DNA of 64,000 bases from Azolla caroliniana (lineage: Eukaryota; Plantae; Polypodiophyta): NCBI GenBank assembly GCA_043228905.1, contig JBHGNT010000002.1, positions 27,156,001 through 27,220,000 of the forward strand. The letters are read 5' to 3'. The first letter of the stretch is position 1, and each line of letters opens with the position of its first letter. The translations under genes and the position numbers were made by a program. The notes under the pieces were generated by a model, which had not been told where the DNA came from, did no database searches, and worked only from the letters and a program-made list of their open reading frames with translations. Of the stretch, positions 46,201 to 57,869 are shown piece by piece.

Positions 46201-47202
46201 ACAGTTTCAAACACTAAAAAATACTTGAATTATTTCATACCTTCAACAGAAGGCATATGTTTCAGCAGTAACTAGAAATCACAAGAAAACACGGGTTATG
46301 TGACTTTGATTGCATACAATGAAGAGACATAAATGTTATTGTTTTCTAATGTCCAGAATAAGAAGGATTTTTCTGAATTGATCAATAACTTCAAGGAAAG
46401 GCATATGATTTCTTCAAAGAGAGACAATATAAACATGGTTAGAAGATTTACATATGCATACCATTGGAAGAGGATAACTGATTATGCTTCTTATGAGAAT
46501 AGTTTGTATTCTTATCTTTAAACAGATCAGTTTTATCTTTACAGAGATCAAAGAGAGACTTTGTCGAGTGGATCTTTTGTTTGTCATTTTTACAAGGATC
46601 AATTCATATACTTATAATGAGAAGAAACAATACAATGCATTAGAAGTCGAAGAAGACAGTGATGATAAAGAAGAAGGTTGCGATCAACAAGAAGAAGAAA
46701 AAATGGAGAAAAGGAAGAACACGAAGAATAAAGAGGAAACAGTAGAGAAGGAGAAGAATGAAGAAGAAACGATAGAGGAATTGGAAAATAATACGAATGA
46801 AGGAAAAACATTGGAGAAGAAGAAAAATATTAATTAATTAAGAGATAGAAGAAGAAAGAAGAGGCAATGGAGAAGAAGGAGAAGGAGAAGGAAAATGAAA
46901 TAGAAAATCGACGAAAAAATGGGGAAAGAAGGAATACCTGCATTAGCGAAGAGAAGTGTAGGATCGTCGACGGGGACGGAGGGACTGGAAGGAACGATGG
47001 CATGAGATTTGGACGCGAAGAAAGAGAGGAAGGTCTCTCGGACACGATTGGAATGCCATTCGTGACGTTGGTGAGGAGGAGGAAGAAGATGATCACCATC
47101 CTCGTCCTTCTTCTTCGTCTTCGTCTTCTGCACAGGCACCTCTCCATCGCCATATGTCTGAGGCGATACTCCTTCGTCTTCTTCTTCTTCTTCGAACCCC
47201 AT
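37150..47202 (-). CDS. ALATS: Alanyl-tRNA synthetase (cytosolic type), complete, ~20 exons
   Basis: [10 protein letters not shown]|[78 protein letters not shown], editing-domain NHTCTHLLN and EFCGGTH, and C-terminal [12 protein letters not shown]|[16 protein letters not shown]. Exon phases are consistent wherever checked. Confidence 0.96.
38898..38995 (-). mobile_element. Very short (~95 bp) 3'-end copy of the LINE at 32423-33578, inside an AlaRS intron
   Basis: Reverse complement 'cgtgaaatgtaatatttttggtctcgtaggtcatatttgacctccgaagatgataatagaatctatctatctatctatct' is nearly identical to 33497-33578. Confidence 0.9.
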
Positions 47203-47429
47203 TAGCAGTCAGCGATGGCGATGAAGCTGTGTGTGTGTGTGTGTTATGGCGATGGACTTCTTCTCTCCACTATCCAATTGTAAAGCACAAATAATTTGAA
47301 TTCAATAAATGAAATAATTAGAAATTTTTTGAGATAACTAACTACATACATACATATACATAGTACATACATCCAGAATAAAAGGTCGGATAAGTAGACT
47401 TCTCATTTTGCTTCCCGCACTTTTGAATA

Positions 47430-47539
47430 TTTACAGAACTAGCCCCCAATATACATATATACACACGCATATATACATACATATTCATATATACATATAT
47501 GCATATATAGACATATATATATATATATATATTGTATAC

Positions 47540-47570
<31 letters not shown>

Positions 47571-47596
47571 TGTATCTATGTATGTATGTATGTATC
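47430..47596. repeat. (TA)n/(TATG)n microsatellite array
   Basis: Visible directly in the sequence. Confidence 0.95.
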
Positions 47597-47910
47597 AATC
47601 ACATGGCATGGTGATGTATCGCCTTACCCACAAATTAGGACTCTTAGGTGTCACCGCCATCTTGAGTATGGCCCGATTGACATTCATAGCCAATATGTAT
47701 ATCAACCGAAACATAAAAGACAAGTTACAACTCCTCCCCAAACAACTTGGATAGGCTGCGGAAACTGCCATATCTATCATATTTCTCCTTATCGGATATC
47801 CTGCATACACATGTGTGTGGTAGGTTCTCCCATGGAGATAGACAATCGACGAAGTACCCATACTATTGTTGTACCATAGACCCCAATGCCTAAGGGTGGG
47901 TGACCTCATG
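47597..47910 (-). mobile_element. Probable degenerate 3' end of another RTEX-like LINE ending in an (ATAC)n tail
   Basis: Minus translation MRSPTLRHWGLWY..YLH..YH..YAGYPIRRN loosely follows the S-H-x-L-R-x-E-x-G-x-W...H...Y-x-x-I-R pattern. It is followed directly by (ATAC)n. Confidence 0.4.
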
Positions 47911-49847
47911 GTTGCTCTAGAGAAAGCTTTCTTTCTTTTTTTCCAAAAAAGAGAAAGCTAACTTTTGAAAGGGCGCCCAAATTATATTGGGTAATAATGC
48001 AACATAACAAACCCAACATGGCTTTACAATTAAGAGAACTTAAAAACAACTAAATGTTGTGTATACGTCATGTCATCAAACCTAAGAAGCCCTAGAATAT
48101 CACTCCTGCTTTGGCCCTTGTAGAGCCAATATTTATAACACTAGATTTGTCAACAAAAAAATGCCACTCATGTTTAGGAACAATACCGAGAAACTACCCA
48201 TCGTAGGATGCGAATTATGATTAACTACATATTCTAGTAAACTAAACTTAAGAGTGTACAAATTAGATTATTGTGGTTTTTTTTAGAAAGGCTAAATACA
48301 TATTCCATTAATACTCATAGTTTGTTGCTTTTAACCTCTTTTCTTTGTATTCTTGCTCATGTTGTAAGAGAAATATTTGTACAATGGTATACCCATTGAG
48401 GTCAACTTGAAAAATGTTCTAAGGTTGTCATAGTCTACCAAATAATAAAGGGTTCTATTGTTGGACTTTGTGTTTTTTTTAATTGGATTGGGGGATCATG
48501 CTATATAATTAACATTTTGCCATGTAACATTAACAATATTCAATGTGAAAATAACTCATAACATGCATATAAGATGAGCAACATTGAACACATAACAATG
48601 CCGTGTATCACAAACCACAAACACATTTTATAGTATTATCTAGATATTTGCAATCCCCATTTATGCTCCGTCACATTGGTTAGCATCATATATCATTAAA
48701 ATTTATATTCATGTTATTTTCAAAACAAAGTTTTCGCACTATGAAAGGAATAGTTTAAGAGAAAGCATCTATATATGTCAACATATGTAACGAGCAAAAC
48801 ATAGACATTCCAATAAGAAGGATTTGCAATAATAAATCATAGAACAAATTGGAAACAAAGCTTTCATTCTTATTGTTCTCATGGCATATGTAATAAAGAA
48901 TCATTATTATATGCCAATCCATAAACTTCCAATTAATGGAAGTATATTTTCGTTTGTTAATTGGACAAACAAGCATTCTCAATTAGTTTATATCTACTAT
49001 TACATTCATCGCATTCTTGGTACATATATAAAACAACATGGTCGATAAGTTTCTAAACAAACTTTTTACCTTAGAGGGCCATTATTGTCTATATAGTGGA
49101 ATGAATCACTAATTGTTACGTTGAATTATGTCAAAAGTGCCCTTCATGATACAATGTCAAAAGTTTTTTTTATATCAACAAAACAACAATAGAGTGTTTT
49201 TCCTTGTAATGAACTTTATTCGTAATTAATCTTAATGTAACCAAATGATCCAGAGAGATAAAAAAAATTGCTATTAAGCCTTGAAAATACATATAAGATA
49301 TTTGGCAACTTTTATCACAATATTACTTGATGCCTACACAATGGGTGCTTGCTCAACATACACAAAAATAGCCAAAATGATAAGATGGGCATCATTTTTA
49401 ACTTTTTCAAGTATTGGAGTTTGCAACATAGTTGGGAAATGCATGATGTTTTTATGTTTAATGGTAGACAAGGAATACAAGCTTATCTAAGTAAGGTGAA
49501 AGGACTATTAAATTGGCAACTTTGAATCTTAGAGCATATGGGGATTGTTTCCCCAAGTCGACATATTTCTTGATTAGTGGCACTTGAGAATGTCTCACAA
49601 CCTATGTAGTGACTCGTGACGGTAGTCAACAAGTATTTTGATTGTGGTTTTACATGCAATTAATATAATTATGTGTTTTCACCCAAAAAAAAGAGATGTT
49701 ATGGAGGCCAATATTATCTTCATCAAAAACCTCTGTGCAATATTTTATTCTCATTATTTTTCTTAGTACCAAGGATGGATGATATTCAACATGATACATC
49801 AATATACAACTACACCTCACAAACCTTTCACAAAGTGGAGTCCTGCC

Positions 49848-52800
49848 TTAAACCACAGAAATATTCTCCATCTTATTAGTTGAGGTTTCAATGAGACCAA
49901 TCAATCTATGATCTATGATATCTTGAGCACCTTCCACTAGGCTTCTAACAATCTGACCAGCTGTTTGAATGTTCTTTATGAGTCCTACACCCTCACCAGC
50001 ATACATAACCATATTCTCAACCTCACCAGTTGCTGAGCTATTGGGTGCAATGCCAGAGAAACGCGATATAATTTTTTCCTAATAATAGTAGAGCAAAGCA
50101 CCATTAGAAAAAAAAAAAAAGATTGTGTATAGTATCTACATACAAATACATGCATATATACATATTATTCAGGAAAGCTTTCGAACTGCCCTATTTTAAA
50201 TGTACTCATCTTTAAGTAACGGAGCTCAATTTCTTTGCATTGTGAATTATCCAGTATAATTGCACTGAATTTCCCAGAAGATATCTACAATACCTCGCCA
50301 TAAATCACAGTTCGACCAATTGAAGGTTGTTGAAACTCATTTTCATTCTCATGGAGCTCGGTCTTCCACTTCAAATAGAAAGGTGTCTTGATTATCCTAT
50401 GTGGAGCATTGGGCCATCTTGCACGACCAAAATGTGATGTATATTCGGTGTCATGAATAGAGGCATTGATCAAGCTTTCCTTATATAAATGATGTGCATT
50501 AGCCTCCTTGGATGCGACAAAGCTTTCACATTTCACAATCAAATCATATATAGTTAGAGCAAAGCTTGAAATTTTGGGAGATAAATATTCGAGGTAATTT
50601 TAAATTGCTTCTCAAACGGAATTTTAAATGATACCGTGTTCCAAGACAAACACCTTGTGCCCCTAACACTAAAGCAGCAACATAACCACGTGCATCAGCA
50701 ATACCACCAGCAGCAATTATTGGAATATTTGTTCCTTGTAGACAGTCCACAACCATGGGAAGAAGCGATACAAGGCCCATCTGCAATTCATGGCTTATTC
50801 ATAAATAATTCATCAAAAAGAAAGTGTATGAAGTATTTCGTAGTTTTTCTTTCCCAAAATGCTCCTGAGACTTCCTTATTTCCTCAAACAACCTTACATC
50901 AACCCCTCAAAGAGCAATTATATGGGCTAGTTGGATTAATTATATGCTCAATTCATCCCCTTTCTCTCGATTATATGTGGCATTTGAGAAACTACATGGC
51001 CAACTCATCCCCTTTAAGCGTAGAAAAGTACCCCAAACACTAAAACTCAATAGACTGGATTAATACAAACAAGATCTTAGAATTTAGAAAGTAGACATAA
51101 ATTTTTTAATTTTTTAGTCTGAGAATGCTTTTAAGTTCAGTCGCGGATGTTATATACATCATCCTAGAAAAGAAAGAGGAGATTTGAACTTAGAATGTAG
51201 CAAGACAGAGAATGAGAAAGCTGTCAGCTGCAAGGGAGACATCATGAGGAAAATAAAAGTGAAGAAATAGTCATTTTGACAACAAAAAAAAGTAATTTTT
51301 GTTCCAATTTGATTTACCTGTAGAGATCATTAGAACACCAAACTACAAGGTCACTATATAAGGAAGTCGCGCCTGATACAACTGCAACATGAGCTTTGCA
51401 GTTGTGCATATAGCATATGGAAACAGCCCTGACCACCCTCTTCGTCCCTTTATTTGATGGGACCAAGTGAATCAAAGAATATTCTATCGCTTTCTCATTT
51501 CCCGTTTTCTTTTATGTCATTTGCATAATATTACAATAGTAAATGTAGAGTGTCATTTTTCCCTAATCCTACCTATTGTGATAAGAGAAACGTGTTATTG
51601 TAAAAAACTTTAATCAAACAATACCTGGCCAATCACATGACCTCCTGCTTCAACACCTTGAACAATCACAGCATCCACTCCAGCAGCTGCTGCTTTCTTA
51701 GCCGCTTCAACAGTACCCACCTGTACATGACAATCAATCACAGCTGAAAACTTGAACGTATGTATGTATGTGTGTGTCCATATGCATACATACATACATA
51801 TATATGTATGTATATAAATTCACCAAATTTTATTGATTTCGTACACATTATCAACCTTACATGTAAGTTTAAGACAAAAAAAATGTAAGCCCAAAAATCA
51901 AGAAAAAATAGTATGTCATACAGAAAGCATTTTGTCGCAAGCCGAATATATTACTCCATGCACATTTATAGCTATCTTATCTCTTTAAGAATGTAGCATG
52001 CAAACTGACATTGTAACTGTCTGATGTAAAGAGATAAAAAAAAATCGATAGAAGACAAGTTCTATATAGAGACTCGATTTCCTTTAATGAAAGTGTAGAA
52101 TAAACCACAACTTCGAAATTGAGATATACTCCTAAACTTTGCCATAGGCAAGATCAAGATCTTTCAAAATCTATAAGTTTCTTTACTGCAGAAGGTCAAA
52201 TTGCCATGTTTTAGGTGTGGTGGAGAGATGGAGGAAAGAACCCTTAAGAATGTGTTTAAAAGAGCATGAAAATTCAATGTAAATGCTACAAGAGAAGGAG
52301 AGGAAGCTATGCATTATATGTAGAATTGGGAGAGTAATGTCCCCATCAAAACATTGTGAGAAGGAAAATCTAATTATAAAAGTAAAGCAAGGAAACAAAA
52401 CATGCAAAAAAAGTGAGGAAATGAGGAAATTATAAATGAAGGGGAAAAACCACAAATCCAAATACCTGATGTATGACTTTGACCCCAGCTTCATGAGCTC
52501 GATCCACCATTTCCTTTGGAAAATCACCCCAGTAGACTTGCAAAACTGCAACCTTTTCCTCCAAAATGGCCTTAATATTCTCCTCATGTGGAAATGCCAA
52601 CACAACACCAACTCCGAAGGGTTTGCTTGTAAGCTTCCTTGTCTGGCGAATGAGCTCTCTCACAACATATGGGCAATCCTAAAGAAAAACGCAGTTAAAA
52701 TGGGGCAGTGAGAGAGGGAGAGTGCCCAGACGGCCGTAGGTCAGTTGATAAGGTTGTCTGGTGGAGATCACAAGGTCGTGCATTCAACCTCTACATTCCA

Positions 52801-53200
52801 TAGTGGCATACTTGTAGCATCTAGTAAAGTAGTACATATGCCAAGATTCGAACCCAAATGCATGTGAAAACTTGGTGAATAAGATACAGCTCTTATATAT
52901 AGAGAGATAGAGAGAGAAATTTGCCATAGAAACAATGATTTTCTTTATTTGAAGCTCATTTTCGAGCTTTATATAAACCTTATATTTGTTTTCAAAATTG
53001 TAATAAAATAAAAGAAAATTTAAAGAAATTGCCCAAGGTCAGAAAAACTTAATATATAAAGCATTAATGATGTCTATACATAACGTAGTGTAGTTAAAAA
53101 AATTTCCAGGTTGATATTTACAATTTCAAGTTTAAGCTTATTGGTCCACATTCAAATTCAAAAACCCAATGCTGCAAAATACGATGTGTTAAAGACCAAT

Positions 53201-53233
<33 letters not shown>

Positions 53234-53577
53234 ATATATATTATAACAGAGTAATCAGAAATAATTGAGGATCCATGCTCTAATTTGATTCCTCAAACTT
53301 TCTGACACTTCAAATGCAATAAATGCCCAAGGATATAAAAGATATATTGTTTGAAACCTAAAATTTTCAAAGGTTGAAAAATTTGTAGATTCAAGGAAAT
53401 GCCCAATTGTGGAAGAACTATATACAACAGCTTAATTAGAAACATGTGTATAATATAATGCACGATTATTAGAAATTTCTGAGGGGGCTTCAATTTTTTC
53501 AAAAGTAGCAATAGCTATAGATAGATAGATAAATAGATAGATTACATGTACGCATGCATATATATACATACACAAAG

Positions 53578-53608
<31 letters not shown>

Positions 53609-53790
53609 GCAATGAGAAAAGAAAACCCAGATAAAATGTGATGTAAAGACTAAACCTTGTCAGGGGCTCGGAGGAGTCCAATGCCACCAGCGTTGGCAAC
53701 AGCAGCAACGAGGTAAGGTCCAGAGATGTTGGGGCCGAGGGGAGCCTGTATGATCCCATGTTCAAATCCCAGGATTCCTCCCCAACCCAT
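49848..53790 (-). CDS. Nitronate monooxygenase / 2-nitropropane dioxygenase-like FMN TIM-barrel protein; 6 exons
   Basis: MGWGGILGFEHGIIQAPLGPNISGPYLVAAVANAGGIG, TSKPFGVG, GVDAVIVQGVEAGGH, PIIAAGGIADARGYVAALVLGAQGVCLGTR|FVAS, MYAGEGVGLI. Exons 53790-53656, ~52678-52466, ~51720-51625, 50780-~50634, ~50523-50294, ~50078-49848. Confidence 0.93.
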
Positions 53791-53804
53791 CGATTCCTGA
53801 GAAA

Positions 53805-53865
<61 letters not shown>

Positions 53866-55280
53866 GACGGTGGTCTACGCTACGTATACATCTGGGGCAG
53901 AGGAAGGTGTGTTGTACTTGTAGCCAGACTCTAGGAATCGACAACGGTTCGGTTTCAGCTTAACCGGTTTGGCCGAAAACGATTTCGGAATCAATAACAA
54001 TAGTATGATGTACTATGCATAACTAAATGGTTCATCTCTGTATGTGTACAGCGTGATTGTATGTTCGCGTGTCTAGTTTGAAGAGTTATTTTTATTGATC
54101 CAGTCACGTTTCTGTATAGATGTTATACTTTTTGTCGATGGTGATCAAGAATGTGATGATGTCTCTACAAATGTTGTCAACAAATGTCACACGTCACATA
54201 CCAACTATATGTTAAATCGACTTCTTCAAATTTAAGGTGTTTATGGTTTCATTGATGCCAACGAATCCTGGTATGTGGAAAAGTTTTTGGGTACAATAAG
54301 TGTAGGAAAATCAAGTGATCAAATATGCATTTGTATGCATGCGATTATTATAGTATCTCTTGTTGAATAAATTGAATGAGGCACCAAGAAGAAGTATTGG
54401 ACTTTATTTCTACTAGGAGTGCCATTACTCTTATCATTTCCAAGAAGACTCATGCATTTTTACGACCATGTAAAACTGATGATGGAACAACATATTATAT
54501 AACAACTTTTTTTTTTTCCATTACTATTAATAAAAAGCCAAAGGCAATATACAAATAGTACATAATATTGTTTCCTCTGCACAAATACATATTATCAAAA
54601 AAACTACATTGTTGCCAATAACACCTTTGCTAGCAGAGCACATATAAACCTTGAGAAATTCCATTGCTACGTCGAGCTATAAGACCACCTTGAGAAGGCC
54701 TCCACTTTAGCATGAATAAGCCTCTTTATCACCTCTTTTCCATTCACCTTTGCTTGAACATGTGGGACATTGTCCAACTAAAACCATTCTCTGCCATTTA
54801 ACTTCTTTGCCACTACCATTGATTTATATTCCATGGGATCATATGCTGAAAATGTACGATGTTTTGGAGACATCTCGATGAGGCAGCCATAGAACAAATC
54901 AAATAGCCATAGAACACAGCAAAACCCATAATGAAAGCCCATAATACCGCCACCGCCTTCTTTCCCTTGAAAACAATTGGGTATTCATCATAGACTCAAC
55001 TAGTTTCTCTTTGGCATCCCATCTGCTTTTCTTCAATCTCCTACAGAAACTGGCTCAATCTCATATAGAATAAGACAGATTAAAATGGCTCAATGTCATA
55101 CAGAATAACACTCAGTTTTGTGCCCGTTCCTTGGCCTTTAACTTTCCCATGTGATGTGTCCTTTTCTACCAATTTGGCAGTTATATAACAACTTTCTTAG
55201 AAGCTATTACTAGAGACTATTTTGAGATTGAGGATAAGAATGCTGAAATTCACAAGCATGACTCATGAGTTATTATTTGT

Positions 55281-55400
55281 TGAAATTCCAAAAATGAAAT
55301 ATAATGTTGTTAAGTACGCCAATGTGGAGTTTGAGATCGAGGATACAAATGATGAAATTCCCAAAATGAAATATAATGTTGTTAAGTACGCCAACATGGA
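55281..55400. repeat. 72-bp-period direct repeat within a probably TE-derived region
   Basis: 'tgaaattcc.aaaatgaaatataatgttgttaagtacgccaa' at 55281 and 55353. Confidence 0.85.
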
Positions 55401-57869
55401 CATCGACATTGACACTATCAAACAATGTAATAGAAGACAACGAATATACAAAACATAAAAAATTGTCTTTTGTTCCCGCAACGTGGAATGACACAAAGAC
55501 AAAAAGAGATATAAAAGCAAAATGATAAGCTTCTCTCAAGTTTCTCTTTATTTACCAATTGTAGGCCATGACTTCTACTCTCTCCCCCTATTTATCATGC
55601 TAAAAACGTCACTTAATGTCTTTCACAAATCTCTTGTAATTGAAGAAGCTAGATTCATCAAACACGTGGTTATTCCTCTTTTGTAATGTTCTCCTCTTTA
55701 CTTAGTTTAAGTAGTTGCTCTAAGTATATTAAGTTTGTCACTTACTTGATTATGGTACTTCATTTAGTAGATGATGAATATGTTAAGCACTTTCTCTGTA
55801 TGCTTAACAAATGTTGATGCATGTCATTCTAATTCACCCATGATAGGATAGAAACTAGCTTTGTACCCCACACAACCTCAATGTACGTGAATTGCAACAC
55901 ATCCATACTTGCATTGCAACACGTGTTCTCTTCAAGGTGCTAGGCACTCCTAACAGAATTTGAGTACATGTATTTATCTCACAAGACTAGAGATAACTTG
56001 ATCAAACCAATAAATAAATAGAACCAAATCGGTAATGAGAGATGTTTAAATTAGATTACTTTGAGGGTAGAGATGATGACTACCTTTTTATTGATGACAA
56101 ACCAAATCATTATAGTGTAGGATACGAAGGATATTGAAGGAAAAGACAGGTCTCATGAGCTTTTTGTGTGCCAATAGTTCCCAAATCAAGTGAAGGTCTT
56201 ATTAAGTGTTAACAACTTTCAACAAGGCAAGGATGTCAAGGGTGTATTAAGGGTATAACGAGACAGTCAAGCTCCCCAACCACATGTATGAATCACATTT
56301 TATCTCTTTTTATTATTTGTAAAAGTCTTGGTGGTGGTTGTTTTTTTATGTTAATAAAATTTCACTAATCATGCTTTTCTTGCTTTGCAGTTTTTTTAAC
56401 CACGAGAATGACTCACTCAATGAGTACAATAAGTATTTGACTAAAGGCTTCCTTAGGAGATTATAAATAATTGATTAGGAAAGCCCAGAAGTTGTACCTC
56501 CATGTTAAGAATCATTTACTAATCAATAAGCCATATTAAAGAAAAAGAAATGTGAATGGATTGGTTAGAAGAACCCAATCCTCCAAACCACCCCCGAGTT
56601 GTGATCAAGATTCAACACATAGCCAACCTACCACTAATATCCCATGTCGACAAATATCAAGATGACTAGTGCCTTTGAAGAGGCAACACTCCACTCCACA
56701 TAGTTGAGCTTTACAGACAACCCAACATGCCTCTAAATTGTACAAAACAAGAGTTAACACGTGATCATAAAGCACATTAACAAGACAAATCACTTGCTCT
56801 ATTGACCACATCGTCTATAGGAAGCGTAAGTTCTTAGAAAATGAACGTAAACAATATCTCGTTCTCTAAGAGAATGTTGTTAACATGAATCACATGATCT
56901 ACATGCCGCATTGCCTAATAGGAACCATATGCTTGTGGAGCATGCATGTAAACAAGACAACGTGCTCCAAGAAGAATGTTGTTAAATTGCATCACGTGAT
57001 CTATAAAGTATGTTGCCCAATTGGGATCATGTGCTCCCACAACACACAAGATGTTCGCAATGCACCTTAGTGTGATGACCTTGCGTGTAGTGTAAATGAC
57101 CTAGGAAAGCTCTCACAAGACCAACATGCAATAAATGAACTCATGACATTGTAGTTACAAGTTGAACATTTTTCACATATGCTCGTAAAAAACCAATATT
57201 AATTAATGTTCAAATGTTAACTATAGAGATTGCACACATCTCTAATACATGGTGTTGAATTTTAGTATCTACACTTAGGATTATGAAACGAGTATCTCAT
57301 CCAACATTCTTGTATGCCTTGGAATTCCAATTGGATAGTCAACACCGAATGAGGTAATGCAGTTCTATGAGACTCGTTCAGGTTGTATCCACAATGTTGC
57401 ACGTCGAAGAAAGAACACATGATAATCTACAAAATTGTATAGATGATGCGTTCAAGGAATGCATTAAACTAAGCATTGTGTGTGTGTGTGCGTATGTCAT
57501 TGTCCATCAATTAAATTTATCGTTTTTAAGAGATACACCTCTTGTAAATGCAATTGAGCACATAGAAACGAGAAAAAATATGGGTTGAAAATTGGTCATC
57601 TCCGTAGGTGCAAGTTGCAACCTAATTCTAAGTCAAATGGTTTGGAAATGGGGGGGGGGGGGGGGGGGGCAGGGGCATATCCGGGGAAAAGAGAACATAG
57701 TAGGGGTATTTTCGGGAAATAAGAAATACTTGGAAACACTCTGATAAACTTGAAATGTTAACAGGTCGGAGCGAGTGTGAGAGTGAAAGAGAATCGAACA
57801 GAAAACTCGACCCCGCCATAGCCGACGCAGTTTGAAATCAAGAAGAAGAAGAAGAAGAAGAAGAAGGCG

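Noticed and set aside
46484-46925. Glu/Lys-rich + strand ORFs
   Set aside because: They are the antisense reading of the CT-rich first intron of AlaRS.
46830-47153. Alternative-frame [19 protein letters not shown].. as an AlaRS targeting peptide
   Set aside because: It is out of frame with the synthetase and no splice was found that joins them; it is explained by the GAA/GAC-rich codons of the real frame.
48200-49650. Possible hAT transposase relic
   Set aside because: Only faint motif hints, in inconsistent order, with no terminal repeats found.
54590-57400. Possible LINE, Copia or MULE remnants (PPT-like CTCCCCCT near 55583)
   Set aside because: Probably TE-derived, but no domain or boundary could be identified by eye.
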